Shown: positions 24,189 to 36,620 of the stretch, in pieces
Numbering within the stretch: the first letter of the stretch is position 1
Layout: every line of letters begins with the position of its first letter
Origin: Centroscyllium fabricii
Lineage: Eukaryota
Direction of reading: 5' to 3'
Assembly (NCBI GenBank): GCA_051313645.2
Contig: JBNRSN020000012.1
Span: 11,718,001 to 11,782,000, forward strand
Length of the DNA stretch: 64,000 bases
Made by a program: the position numbers and the translations under genes
Notes under the pieces: generated by a model
What the model saw: the letters and a program-made list of their open reading frames with translations, nothing else
Told to the model about the DNA's origin: nothing
The model's database searches: none

Positions 24189-25745
24189 CTTAGAATCTTG
24201 TATGTTTCAATGAGATCACCTCTCGTTCTTCTAAACTCCAGAGAGTATCGGCCCAATCTACACAATCTCTCCTCACAGGACAACCCTCTCATCCCAGGAA
24301 TCAATCTAGTGAAAGCATAAAGGCTGTAAAGCATTTTGGGACATCCCGGTGTTGTGAAAGGCGCTATAGAAATGCAAGTTTGTTCATTTTTTGTTCTCGG
24401 TGTGTTTGAATCATTTCCACAGTGGGAGAGCGCTGGCCAGGAAAGCCACCAGGGATGGGTATGGAGAGAGAATGGGTTTGGTGGGGGGAGAGGGGGGGGG
24501 GGAAGAGCAGGGAAGGAAGGGAATGATGGTGTGCAAGGTGGGCGACAATCTTGTGGGAGTTTGCTTTGCGTGCACCTGCGAGCGGGTCTGGCGAGCTGCG
24601 GGGGAAGGCACTCGTTGTCTGAGCGGAGAGGAGAGGAGAGGAAAGGGGGCCTCTGGCAATCTGCAGCAGGAATTCGGAGACCCACAGGAATGTGAGGCTC
24701 CCGTTCACAAACCTCCAACCAGCGCCGAGAACGAGCGCAGGCAAAACAAGTGTCTTGAAGGATTACACAGTGACTGCACCAGGAATCCCAACAACTCAGC
24801 CCAACGAACAGGAGGTACAATGGAACCCTGGCGCCTTGGCTTTCAGAGAGAATTAACGCATTATTGGCATCACAATTCTCAACCGCCGCACCCACCCACC
24901 CCTGTCCCTCTTATCTCCCCCTCCCGCTCAAGACTCTGGTCAAGGACCATTCCACATTCACCAGCCACTATCTAGTCTGCTCACATGCGAGCCTGGACAT
25001 GGAGTGTTGGCAGATATTTGACTGTAAAAGGCGTTAGAGGAGCCCGAGCTTGACCTGACCTGACCTGACCCGAGCCGATTGGCGCATGCTGAATCGCACA
25101 AGTGCAACGGCAATGCTTCGGCTTAGTTTACGCGAGGAGTGGGCGAACCGCGAAGGTGCATCCGAATGGTTTGCTCGGGCAGGTGAGGCGCGAAGAGGAG
25201 GTTGATGGCGATGAGCTAGGCAGGTGCGTTGCAGCGGTTTCCACTTCTGAAGGTGATGCCGGCACGATCCCAGTATTGCAGGATGGGTCTGCAGCCAAAA
25301 CCGTTCCTTTAGAACGTAGGGAGGGGATAAGTGTGCTGTCCGAACCAAAGCCACTGGCTCCAGAGAAAGAACTTGCATTTCTATAGCGCCTTTCACAAAC
25401 TCAGGATGTTCCAAAACGCTTCACAGCCAATGAAACACTTTTTTTGAAGTGAGTCACTGTTGTAATGTGGGAAACGCAGCAGCCAATTTGCGCACAGCAA
25501 GCTCCCACAAACAGCAATGTGATAATGACTAGATAAACTGCTTTTGGGTGTTGGTTGAGAGGTAACTTTTGGTCGTCCGTACTCTTCTTCAAATAGTGGC
25601 TATGGGATTTTTTACATCCACCTGAGGGGGCAGACGGGGCCTCGGTTTAACGTCTCAACTGAAAGACGGCATTTCTGACAGTGCAGCACTCCCTCAGCAC
25701 TGCACTGGGGGTGTCAGCCTGGATTATGGGCTCAGGTCTCGCGAG

Positions 25746-26415
25746 TGGTTCACTAGGTTAATTCCGTGGATGAGGGGGCTGACATATGACGAGAGGTTGA
25801 GTAGATTGGGCCTCTACTCATTGGAGTTCAGAAGAATGAGAGGCGATCTTATTGAAACATATGAGATTGTGAGAGGGCTTGATCTGGTGGATGCGGTGAG
25901 GATGTTCCCAATGGTGGGTGAGACTAGGACTAGGGGGCATAATCTTAAAATAAGGGGCTGCCATTTCAAAACTGAGATGAGGAGAAACTTCTTCACTCAG
26001 AGGGTGGTGGGGCTGTGGAATTTGCTGCCCCAGAGAGCTGTGGAAGCTGCAACATTGAATACATTTAAAACAGAGATAGGCAGTTTCCTGGAAGTAAAGG
26101 GAATTAGGGGTTATGGTGAGCAGGCAGTTAAGTGGACGTGAGGCTAGGTTCAGATCGGCCATGTGATCTCCTGGACCAGGTTTCGATCGCCTAGATGGGT
26201 CGGAGAGGAATATCCCAGATTTTTTCTCCCAAATTGGCCACTGGGTTTTTTAATCTGGTTTTTCGCCTCTCCCGGGAGATCACTTGGGTTTGGGTGGGAT
26301 GGAGAGTAAAAATAAAATTGAGGTTAGGATCAGATCAGCTATGATCTTATTGAATGGCGGAGCAGGCTCGAGGGGCCGATTGGCCGACTCCTGCTCCTAT
26401 TTCTTATGTTTTTAT
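25746..26415 (+). mobile_element. CR1 LINE 3' end
   Basis: ORF 25770-26141 LGLYSLEFRRMRGDLIETY...; 3' UTR with inverted-repeat insert. Confidence 0.9.
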
Positions 26416-26771
26416 GAGCCTTCTGACCTTCTTAGAAAGCTTGACAGGTTAGATGTTGAGAGGATGTTTTCCCAGGCAGGAGAGTCTAGAACCAGAGGTC
26501 ACAGTCTCAGGATAAGGGGTCAGTCATTTAGGACTGAGATGAGGAGGAATTTCTTCACTCAGAGGGTTATGGAATCTTTGGAATTCTCTGCCCCAGAGGG
26601 CTGTAGATGCTGAGTCACTGTGTATATTCAGGGCTGAGATCGCTAGATGTTTGGACACAAAGGGAATCAAGAGATATGGGGATCGGGCAGGAGACTGGAG
26701 TGGAGGTAGAAGATCAGCCATGAGGGGCCGAATGGTCTTCTCCTGCTCCTATTTCTTATGTTCTTATGTAG

Positions 26772-27098
26772 AGCTACCACAGAGCCATACTAACCCTGTT
26801 CCTGGGACTAGGGACAGGGCCACTGGCAAGGCTTGGAAGCTAAGCAGAGCCAGGCCTGGTTAGTACTTGGAGGGGCGACCACCAGGGAATGCCAGGTGCA
26901 GAAGGTCATGAAAGGAGCCCCGGGGAGGGGCGGTTGGCTGAAGATTGTCGGAATGATGGAAAGATGGAATGGCGGCGCGCACAGACGCAGTGGCTTTGCT
27001 GGACTCTTGGGAGCTTGCAAGATCACATTTCGTTGTTCATGTACTTGTACATTGTATAATGACAATAAAGTTGAATTATTATTATTATTATTATTATT
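26772..27098 (+). mobile_element. 5S rRNA-derived SINE (SINE3) with Rex1-like tail, uninterrupted copy
   Basis: GCCATACTAACCCTG...GAAGCTAAGCAG...GCCTGGTTAGTACTTGGA...GGGAATGCCAGGTGC resembles 5S rRNA; 3' end TTCGTTGT...AATGACAATAAAGTTGAA(TTA)n resembles the Rex tail at about 14402-14470. Confidence 0.78.
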
Positions 27099-27159
27099 GG
27101 TTGAGCATGGACATTTGGATGAGATACTGGATGGCAGGGACATCCACAGAACCAGAGTG

Positions 27160-28715
27160 AACATCGGAACAGGAGGAGGCCATTCAGACCCTCGAGCCTG
27201 TTCCGCCATTCAATCAGATCATGGTTGATCTGCAACCTAACTCCGTATACCCGCCTTTGGCCCATATCCCTTAATAATAAAAGCTATCAATCTCCGATTT
27301 AAAATTAACAATTGAATTAGCATCAATTGCCGTTTGCAGAATAGAGTTTCAAACTTCTACCACCCTTTGTGTGTAGAAGTGTTTCCTAATTTCACTCCAA
27401 TTTCTAGACGATGCTCCCTAGTCCTAGAATCTCCAACCAGCGAAAATAGTTTCTCTCTATCGACCTTATCTGTTCCCCTTAATATCTTGAAAACTTCGAT
27501 CAGATCACCCCTTAACCTTCTACATTCCAGGGAATACAACCCTAATTTGTGTAATCGCTCCTCGTAACTCAACCCTTGAAGTCCGGGTATCATTCTGGTA
27601 AACCTACGCTGCTCTCCCTCCAAGGCCAATCTATCCTTCCTAAGGTGCGGTGCCCAGAACTGCTCCCAGTGCTCCAGGTGTGGTCTAACCAGGGTTTGTA
27701 CAGCTGCAGCATAACCTCTACCCCCTTGTACTCTAGTCCTCTGGATATAAAGGCCGGCATTCCATTAGCCTTTTGAATTATTTTCTGTGCCTGTTCATGA
27801 CATTTTAATGATCTTTGTACCTGGACCCCAAGTCTCTTTGTCCCTCCATTGTTTTTAGCTTTTCACCATTTAGAAAGTTCCCTGTTCTATCCTTTTTAGG
27901 CCCAAAGTGGATGACCTCACATTTGCTTACATTGAAATCTATTTGCCACAGTTTTGCCCATTCACTTAATCTGTCGATATCCCTTTGTAATGTTATGTTT
28001 TCATCTACACTGCCTACAATGCTGCCTATCTTTAAAAAGTCACACAACACCAGGTTATAGTCCAACAGTTTTATTTTAAATCACAAGCTTTCGGAACGCT
28101 GCTCCTTCGTCGGGTGACCTTCGTCAGTTTGCCACCTGAGGAAGGAGCGGCGCTCCGAAAGCTTGTGATTTAAAATAAAACTGTTGGACTACAACTGATG
28201 TTGTGTGACTTCATGCATTTGTCCACCCCAGTCCAACACCGGCACCTCCACATCATGCCTATCTTTAAGTCATCTAAGTCGTTAAATAAATACTGTGAAT
28301 AGTTGAGGGCCAACACAGATCCCTGTGGGATACCACTAGTCACATCCTGCCAATTTGAGTACCTGCCCATTATCCCCGCTCTGTCTCCTGCCGCTCAGCC
28401 AATTTCCTAACCAGGTCAATAATTTGCCCTCAATTCCGTGAGCTTCTACCTTAGTTAATAGTCTCTTATGTGGGACTTCATCAAATGCCTTCTGGAAGTC
28501 CACATCTATAGACATTCCCCTGTTCACTATTTTAGTCACCTCTTCAAAAAATGCCATCAGGTTTGTCAGGCATGACCTAACTTTCACAAATCCAGGCTGG
28601 CTTTCTCTGATCAACTGAAAAATTTGAGAGGTGTTCAGTCACCCTATCCTTAGATATCGACTCTAAGCAATTTCCTGACAACAGGTGTTAGGCTAACTGG
28701 TCTATCATTCCCTGG
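27160..28715 (-). pseudogene. Degenerate CR1 ORF2 (RT) remnant
   Basis: Fragments DFQKAFDEVPH, TSGIPQGSVL and RLRGDLIEVFKI separated by frameshifts and an inserted mini-element. Confidence 0.85.
28036..28255. mobile_element. 220-bp fold-back Penelope-derived mini-element with two opposed hammerhead motifs
   Basis: 13-bp TSD TGCCTATCTTTAA (28023-28035, 28256-28268); inverted arms of about 80 bp; hammerhead motifs at 28081-28117 (-) and 28132-28168 (+). Confidence 0.8.
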
Positions 28716-29145
28716 TGATCCCCAATTTCAGGAACAAAGGGCAAAAAGTTGGGACCGAACAATTCCAAACTCTCTAGATTCCAAAGTCACTAGTTTCAGC
28801 AGCTCGGAATAACTGGATTGGCCGCTTCACAGAACAAAGCATTTCTACTCAAGTGCAAGTCATACTCTTAACAAAATTCAATTAACTCGTTGATGAGAGA
28901 TTGTCGAGTCACTAACTATGTGCAACAGAGATGGGCTTTGAGGGACCAAAGCTTACCAACTGACGAGGACCACTTTGGTGCCAACCATCAGAAATAACCT
29001 GAGGGTTCACACGACGTCTTGGAAAAGTAAAGACCCTTTGGGTCAATTGATGTCATCCAAAAAGAATCAGAGTTATACAGCACAGAAAGAGGCTCTTCGG
29101 CCCATCGCATCCGCGCCGGCCATCAAGCCCAGTCTATTCTAATCT

Positions 29146-29972
29146 CATTTGCGGACGACACCACGGTGGTTGGCCAGATCACCAACAACGATGAGTCAGC
29201 CTACAGGGATGAGATCCAGCGCCTTGTGGGATGGTGTGCCGACAACAACCTGGCACTGAACACCAAGAAAACTAAGGAGATCATAGTGGACTTCCGGAAG
29301 ACTAAAAGCAGAAGACACACCCCCATCTTCATCCAAGGGGCTGAGGTGGAAAGGGTGTCCAGCTTCAAGTTCCTCGGGGTCCACATCTCGGAAGACCTCT
29401 CCTGGTCACTAAACACCTCCTCTCTGGTAAGAAGGCCCAACAGCGCCTGTACTTCTTAAGGAAGCTGAAAAAAGCCAAGCTGTCATCCGGCATCCTCTCC
29501 AACTTCTACCGCTGCACAATCGAAAGCATACTGACAAGCTGCATCACAGTCTGGTATGGAAACTGCACCATCTCGGACCGAAAGACCCTGCAGCGGGTAG
29601 TCAAAACTGCCCAATGAATCACCGGCACCCAGCTACCGTCAATTGAAAGCATCTACCTCAAACGCTGCCTATGGAGGTCTCTGAACATTATTAAAGACAA
29701 CCACACACCCCAGTCTGTTCGCCCCCCTGCCCTCCGGGAGACGCTACAGATCAATTCGCACCCGCACGACTAGATTCAAGAACAGCTTCTTCCCCAGGGC
29801 TGTCAGCCTCCTGAACTCTAACAAAAAACTCCAGTATCTGCACACCTGAAATGTCCTTTATTGTATGCAATTGTATGTAAATTATTTGCACTACTCTCGG
29901 GAGCGGCGCGTTTTCGTCTCGTTGTATTGTACTAGTACTCTGCAATGACAATAAAACTTGAATTGAATTGAA
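29146..29972 (+). mobile_element. Rex1/Babar-like LINE fragment nested in a CR1 tail
   Basis: FADDTTVVGQITNNDES; one frameshift and a stop; (AATTG)n tail. Confidence 0.85.
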
Positions 29973-30644
29973 TTTTCCAGCATTTGGTCCGTAGCCTTGT
30001 ATGTTATGACATTTCGTGCTCATCTAAATGCTTCTTCAATGTTGTGAGGGTTCCTACTCACAATACTCTAAGCAATTTCCTGACAAGAGATGTTAGGCTA
30101 ACTGGTCTATAATTCCCTGGTGAGCCTCAATTTCAGGGACAGAGGGCAAAAAGTTGGGACAGAACAATTCCAAACTCTCTAGATTCCAAATTCCTCATCA
30201 TAGGAACAGGAGGAGGCCATTCAGCCCCTCCAGCCAGTTCTGCCATTCATTTACATCATGGTTGATCTGTATCTCAACTTCATTTACCCACCATTGCTCC
30301 AGATCCCTTGATCGCCTTTCCCAACAGAAATCTCAACGATTTCAGTCTTGAAAGCTCCAATTGACCCCCAGCATTCGCAGCTTTTTTGGGGGGGGGGGGG
30401 GGGGGGGGGGGGGGAGGGAGTTTCAGATTTCCACTACCCTTTGTGTGAAGAAGTGTTTCCTGACATCGCCCCTGAACAGCCTGGCTCTAATTTTAAGATT
30501 GTGCCCAGTCTGCACACAAGATCAGACTGTGCTGCCAACTGAGCCAAGCGGACACCTCAATGCTTGACACAGGGACGCTTTCTGAGTCAGCTGACCTCAG
30601 TAAGGGGGCAGTACAATTTGCCTTAACCCACCTCCATGGCTTAG

Positions 30645-31710
30645 GTGTCAGCCGTGGCTCAGCGGGCAGCACTCTCGCTGCCGAGTCAGAAGGTTGTAGG
30701 TTCAAGTCCCCACTCCAGAGACATGAGCGCAAAATCCAGACCAACAGTCCCAGTGCCAGTGCTGAGGGAGCGCTGCACTGTCAGAGTTGCCGTCTTTTGG
30801 ATGAGACGTTTAAACCGAGGCCCCAGCTGCCCTCTCAGGTGGACGTGAAAGATCCCACGGACACTATTCTGAAGCAGAGCAGGGAAGTTATCCCCGGTAT
30901 AACAACAGAAACTGCTGGAAGAACTCAGCAGGCCAGGCAGCATCGGTGGAGAGAGAAAGAGAGTTAACGTTTCAGGTCAATGGCCTTTCATCAGAACTGG
31001 AGGAACCAGGAGAGGAGATAGATTTTGAAGCTAGTAGAGGCTAGGGATAGGGGGAGGGGCTGAAAGAACAAAGGAAAAATCAGCGACCGGCTAGACGGTG
31101 GGGAGGTAAGAGATATTCGGAGAAATTGAAGGAAGACAGGATGGCTCGGGATAGGTGCGAACGGCTCTGGCAGAGTAAAGAAAAAAGAAAAAAGCCCAGA
31201 CAAAAGTGTGGATTAAAAAAAGGAGAAAATATATATATATTAAAAAGTGTAGTGTTGGGGGGGGGGGGGGGGGTCGATGTTATGATCTAAAATTGTTGAA
31301 CTCTATGTTCAGTCCAGAGGGCTGTAGAGTGCCTAAGCAAAAGATGGGGTGCTGTTCCTTGTGTTTATGTTGAGCTTCCGTGGAACAATGCAAGAGGCCA
31401 CAGACGGTGAGGTCTGAATGGGAGTGGAGTGGAGAATTAAAGTGACAGGCCACCGGGAGCTCGGGGTCCCCCTTACGGACTGAACGGAGGTGTTCCGCAA
31501 AGTTATCCCCGGTGTCCTGGGCCAATACTTATCCCTCAACCAACATCACTAAAAACAGATTATCTGGTCATTGCTGTTTGTGGGAGCTTGCTGTGCACAA
31601 ATTGGCTGCTACATTTCCTACATTACAACAGTGACTACACTTTGAAAGTACTTAATTAGCTGTAAAATGCTCTGGGACATCCGGAGGTCGTGAAAGGCGT
31701 TGTATAAATG
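30645..31710 (+). mobile_element. Deu-domain SINE interrupted by a Penelope fragment
   Basis: tRNA-like head GGTTCAAGTCCC and Deu core lie on either side of the insertion. Confidence 0.75.
30899..31499 (-). mobile_element. Penelope-like element 3' end (family 2) with hammerhead motif
   Basis: TSD AAGTTATCCCCGGT (30885-30898, 31500-31513); GIY-YIG C-terminus AEHLRSV...PVACHFN...GTLQPSGLN; motif AGTT-CTGATGA-AAGGCCATTGACCT-GAAA-CGTT-AACT at 30962-30998. Confidence 0.8.
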
Positions 31711-32390
31711 GGAGACTCTCTTTCCCACACACACACAAAAGGATGAGGTCCCTTTAAAGCTTGAGCCTTTTGCAAACTTCAAGCTAACAGGCAATATTTT
31801 AACAGATTAACCGGCTGGTCAATGAAAAGGCTGGAATGTGAACCGAGATCCGAGGCAGCCAAATAAACAGGGGCAGCATTAACTGGGAGAAACCCGAAAC
31901 CACGACAAGTCAACTTTCTCACAATGCTTGCAGTGTGCATCTGCTGCACAGGCAGGTTAGTCAGTCCGCTCACACGACGGACTCCAAATGAAAAGTCCTT
32001 CCCGCACAGTCTTCGAGTCACAGTACCACCAGCTATCTGCAGGTCTTTTGTCCGTTGCTTTTTCCTTCCCAGCCCACCGCTTCCCTCTGCCGCGATTGCC
32101 AAGGAGCTGTTTTTTCAAACCGTGACTGCTCCCCTCAATGATCCGGCCAGAGTGCGCCGAGCCTTTCGGAGGAGGTCGGTCCCGGCTTCAATTCCCACTC
32201 CGTGCGGAGCCAACTGCTCTCAACTGTGTCGACCGTGGCTCAGTGGGTAATAGCGCTCTCGCTTCGGAGTCAGAAGGTCATGGGTTCAAATCCCCACTCC
32301 AGAGACTTGAGCACAAAATCTAGGCCGACACTCCCAGTGCAGTACTGAGGGAGCGCTGCTCTGTCAGAGGGTCCATTTTGTGGATGAGAC

Positions 32391-32668
32391 TGAGATGCCT
32401 CAAATCAAGACGGCAGCGAGTTTCTTAAATAAGTGGCTTTTATTAACAAGGAACTGAACCGAGTCCCCGATGAGCCTGCCTGGAATGAGAGATAAGTGGG
32501 CGGAGCATTCTCCTTTATACTAGCACCCAGAGGCGGGGTCAGCCGGTACAGGTCCTTACAGAAAGGTAAAGATATTAACAGATATATAGTAAGATATATA
32601 CAAACACATTAAACAGAACTATATACAATAACCGTACAGTGTGAACCACACCAAAGAGGTTCATCACA
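32391..32668 (-). mobile_element. Short solo-LTR-like insertion, family B (278 bp), inside a Deu SINE
   Basis: TSD GAGAC (32386-32390, 32669-32673); inverse of 17760-18032. Confidence 0.8.
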
Positions 32669-33738
32669 GAGACGTTAAACCGAGGCCCAGTTTGCCCTAT
32701 CAGGCGGACATAAAAGATCCCACAGCACTATTCAGAAGAGCAGGGGCGTTCTCCCCGGTGTCCTGGACAATATTTATCCCTCAACATCAATAAAAACAGA
32801 TTATCTGGTCATTAGCTCAGCGCTGTTTGTGGGAGCTTGCTGTGCGTAAATTGGCTGCCTCATTCCCCCACACCACAACAGTGACCACATTCTTTGAACT
32901 TAAGAATTAGGCCACACGGCTCCTCGAGCCTTCACCACCATCAATAAATTCACGGCTGATCTTCGACCTCAACTCCAGTTTCCCGCCTTATCCCCATATC
33001 CCTTGATTTGAAGTGCCCAAAAGTCTATCGATCTCAGCCTTGAATATACATGGTACATACTCATGTGACTCGGCCAACGTTGTCTACCTCATGCGTTGCA
33101 GGAAAGGATGCTCTCGAGCATGGTACATCGGCGAGACCATGCAGACACTACAACGGATGAACAGACACCGCACAACAATCGCCAGGCAGGAGTGTTCCCT
33201 CCCAGTCGGGGAACACTTCAGCAGTCAAGGACATTCAGCCTCCGATCTTCGGGTAAGCATTCTCCAAGGCGGCCTTCGAGACGCACGACAACGCAAAATC
33301 GTCGAGCAGAGGCTGATAGCCAAGTTCCGCACTCACGAGGACGGTCTCAACCGGGATATTGGCTTCATGTCGTGCTACATGTGACCCCACCTGACGTAGA
33401 GTCATCCAGACTCGAGTCGTCTTTGGCTTGTTCTCACTACATAAATGCTGCTCGATTTCCAGTAAGGAAAATCTTTATTTTTAATCATTCTGTGGGTTTT
33501 CACAGACACCAGACTGCAATATTTGACCCTTTGTGACTATACCTCATTGATCTCAGGCTGGTGCCTGATTGATATCAGGCTGGTGCCTGATTGATATCAG
33601 GCTGGTGCCTGATTGATATGTTAAAATATGTTAAAACACCTTTGTCTGCTCTGTATGTCTCTCTGCTGAAGTGTGATGTTGGAAAGATTAGAGTGCTCTC
33701 TCCCTTGTATATATGCTGTCTTTAAATGAACTTCTCTT

Positions 33739-33775
33739 TCACCTGAGGAAGGAGCAGCGCTCCGAAAGCTTGTGA
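33739..33775 (+). ncRNA. Minimal hammerhead ribozyme motif
   Basis: TCAC-CTGAGGA-A-GGAGC-AGC-GCTCC-GAAA-GC-TT-GTGA. Confidence 0.78.
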
Positions 33776-33800
33776 TTTCAAATAAAGCTGTTGGACTATA

Positions 33801-34185
33801 ACATAGAAGATAGGAGCAGGAGCAGGAGTAGGCCATTCGGCCCTTCGAGCCTGCTCCGCCATTCAATGAGATCATGGCTGATCATCCAAACCCAGTACCC
33901 TGTCCCTGCCCCGTCCCCATATCCCTCTCGAACCTGCACCGACACATATCCCACCCTATCCCCGTAACCCCACATATTCAATCCCCCTAACACCAAGGGT
34001 CAATTTATCCTGGCCAAATAACCTAACCCGCACATCTTTGGACTGTGGGAGGAAACCGGAGCACCAGGAGGAAACCCACACAGACACGGGGAGAATGTGC
34101 AAACTCCACACAGATTGTACCCGAGGCCGGATTTGAACCCGGCTCTCTAGTGCTGTAAGGAAACAGTGCTAACCACTATGCCACC
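33801..34185 (-). mobile_element. V-SINE (HE1-like)
   Basis: tRNA head, V-domain, CR1-type tail. Confidence 0.85.
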
Positions 34186-34719
34186 GATTCCTGGTGTTGT
34201 GTGACTTCTTGCATTTGTCCACCCCAGTCCAACACCGGCACCTCCACATCTTGAATATACTCAATGACTGAGCCTCCACAGCCCTCTGGGAGAGAGAATT
34301 CCGCGTCGACATCCAACAGGATACGCACATCCAGTGGGTGTGGGTGACCCCCTTTCATCGTATGGGTTGTGGGAGCCCATGAACCCCTCCCGCTGTGCAG
34401 GACTGACCCCCCCATTGGCTGGTATAAAGATGGTCACGGCCATGGAAGGAGTACTCACGCCAGACTGTTAATCAGCCTCCCACTGCTTCACACTGCTCTC
34501 CAAGGGGAAGAGCGCGGACATGAAAAGCAAACAAACTTGGTAAATAAAGCATCAGACAGGCTTTTGTTCCACAACAGCTCCTCTACATCGTACTTGCTGT
34601 TCAATCAGTTCAATTCCTCCGCCTTGCCTCCTAGCTCATACACTCAACTGCACCCTTTACTTAGTCAATCACATGGCAGACAGCACTGGTCACAAAACAT
34701 GGGCAGCAATATGTCAGCA

Positions 34720-35220
34720 ATATGTCTGCTGCCCATATCCTAACTCACACCAAGTCCCGTTCACTCATCAGCCCCTGTGCTCGTTGACCGACACTGGCTC
34801 CCAATGCGGCAACGCCTCGATTTCAAAATTTTCATCCTGGTGTTCAAATCCGTCCACGGCCTCGCCCCCCTCCCTATCTCTGCAACCTCCTCCAGCCCAA
34901 CAACCCTCGGGGATCTCTGCGTTCCTCCAATTCTGGCCTCTTGCGCATCCACGATTTTTTCCGTTCCACCATTGGCGGCCGTGCCTTCAGCTGCCTGGGC
35001 CCCCGAGCTTTGAAATTCCCTCCCTAAACCTCTCCACCTCTCTCTGCCTCCTTTAATACCCTCCTTAAAGCCTACCTCGTTGACCAAGCTTTTGGTCACC
35101 TGCCCAAATATTTCCTTATGCGGCTCCGTGTCAAGTTCCTATCGGATAACGCTGCTCTGAAGCGCCTTGGGACGTTATAGTGCGTTTAAGGCGCTATATG
35201 AATGCAAGCTGTTGTTGCAG
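34720..35220 (+). mobile_element. L2-like LINE 3' end
   Basis: HWLPMRQRLDFKIFILVFKSVHGLAP motif; tail GCGCTATATGAATGCAAG. Confidence 0.8.
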
Positions 35221-35291
35221 CTATCGTGCTCTAATTGGAGGAACAGCTTGCAGACACGTCCCATCTCACTCACATACGAATATCGACTCAC

Positions 35292-35465
35292 CTAGACCTG
35301 ATGGTGCCCCGAGAGAAAGTGGAGCGAGAGATGAAAACGTGAAAAATCTCGAGGAGAATGTCTGAATAGGAATAGCGCTGCATTGTCTTGGCAAATTGAG
35401 GACTGGCTGGACAACTGGCAGACCTGACCATTGAGTCGAACGTTGGTTGTCCAGTCTGTTCACAG
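35292..35465 (-). other. Candidate host exon (174 nt, phase-symmetric)
   Basis: CACTTAG acceptor and consensus AG|GTGAGT donor; non-repetitive sequence; two open frames. Confidence 0.4.
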
Positions 35466-36620
35466 CTAAGTGAGACAATCAACAGAACCCCTCAATGGTA
35501 CTTACAAACATATTAACTTGCATTTCCATAGCGCCTTTCACGATCTCAGGACGCCCCAAAGCGCTTTACAGCCAATGAAGTGTTTTTCTGAAGTGTAGTC
35601 GCTGTTGTAATGCAGGAAACGCGGCAGCCAATTTTCACACAGCAGGATCCCACAAAGAGACTTAGTTTGGGAACTGAAAATAAAACCATTAAAATTCCAT
35701 TTTTTTGAGATTTTTTTCTCTCTCCTGGGAATCAAGACCATCACATTCTTGATATTTCAGGAATTCCCATGTTGGAAGAAACGTCCTCTCCGCGGAAAGC
35801 AGGTGAGGAACACTGAAACAGGAGGAGGCCATTCAGCCCCTCGAGCTTGTTCCGCCATTCAATCAGATCACGGCTGTTCTGCATCTTAACTCCATCTACC
35901 CGCCTTACTTCCATAACCCTTAATATACTTGGTTCACAAAAGTCTGTCGAAATCAGGCTTGAAATGGAGGCCCCCCGAGGAAACAACACCAAGACGGACC
36001 AGAAAGGTCTCTTTGGGCAGAGTTCGTTAGTCAGTGGTTCTAAGCCACTGTTGACGATTGGCTCATTAACAGGACCGGGAGAGGAGCCCGGTCATAGAAT
36101 GACATTGAAATTACAATTTGTAAACTAGTCGTTTGGCCCAAGCAATCTGTGTTTATCCTCCACACCATCAGTAGTGCTAAACCCACCTTGTTCCCATAAT
36201 CCTTAGCTCCCCTTCCCTTCAACCATCTGTCAAACCCTAGACTTAAAGGTTGTCTCCAAAGGAAGATTGGTTCAAATCCCAGCGGCCACCAATTACAAAT
36301 TAGGAAGTTATGGGGTAGGTCAGGGTCAACAGATATTCGAATGACAACAACGAAAGAACTTGCATTTATATAGCACCTTTCATGACCTCCAGGCATCCCA
36401 ATGCGCTTTGCAATTAATCACGCACTTTTTGAAGTGTGGTCACTGTTGTCATGTAGGAAACACAGCAGCCAATTTGCGCACAGCAAGCTCCCACAAACAG
36501 CAATGTGATAATGAGCAGATAATCTGTTTTAGTGATGTTAGTTGAGGGATAAATATTGGCCTCAGGATGCCGGGGAGAACTCCCCCCTGCTCTTCTTCAA
36601 AATAGCGCCATGGGATCTTT

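Larger units (their letters stand above)
33050..34250 (+). mobile_element. Penelope-like element, 5'-truncated: GIY-YIG endonuclease end plus pLTR
   Basis: SCDSANVVYLMRC...WYIGET...RMNRHR...GEHFS...GLNRDIGF; TSD TTGAATATAC (33040-33049, 34251-34260); V-SINE inserted at 33801-34185. Confidence 0.85.

Noticed and set aside
24164-24975. Overlapping 243-aa and 194-aa ORFs
   Set aside because: They run through SINE and CR1 pieces and low-complexity sequence with no domain signature
26772-26910. Functional 5S rRNA gene
   Set aside because: The 5' half is replaced, no T-run terminator follows, and it is fused to a SINE body and tail
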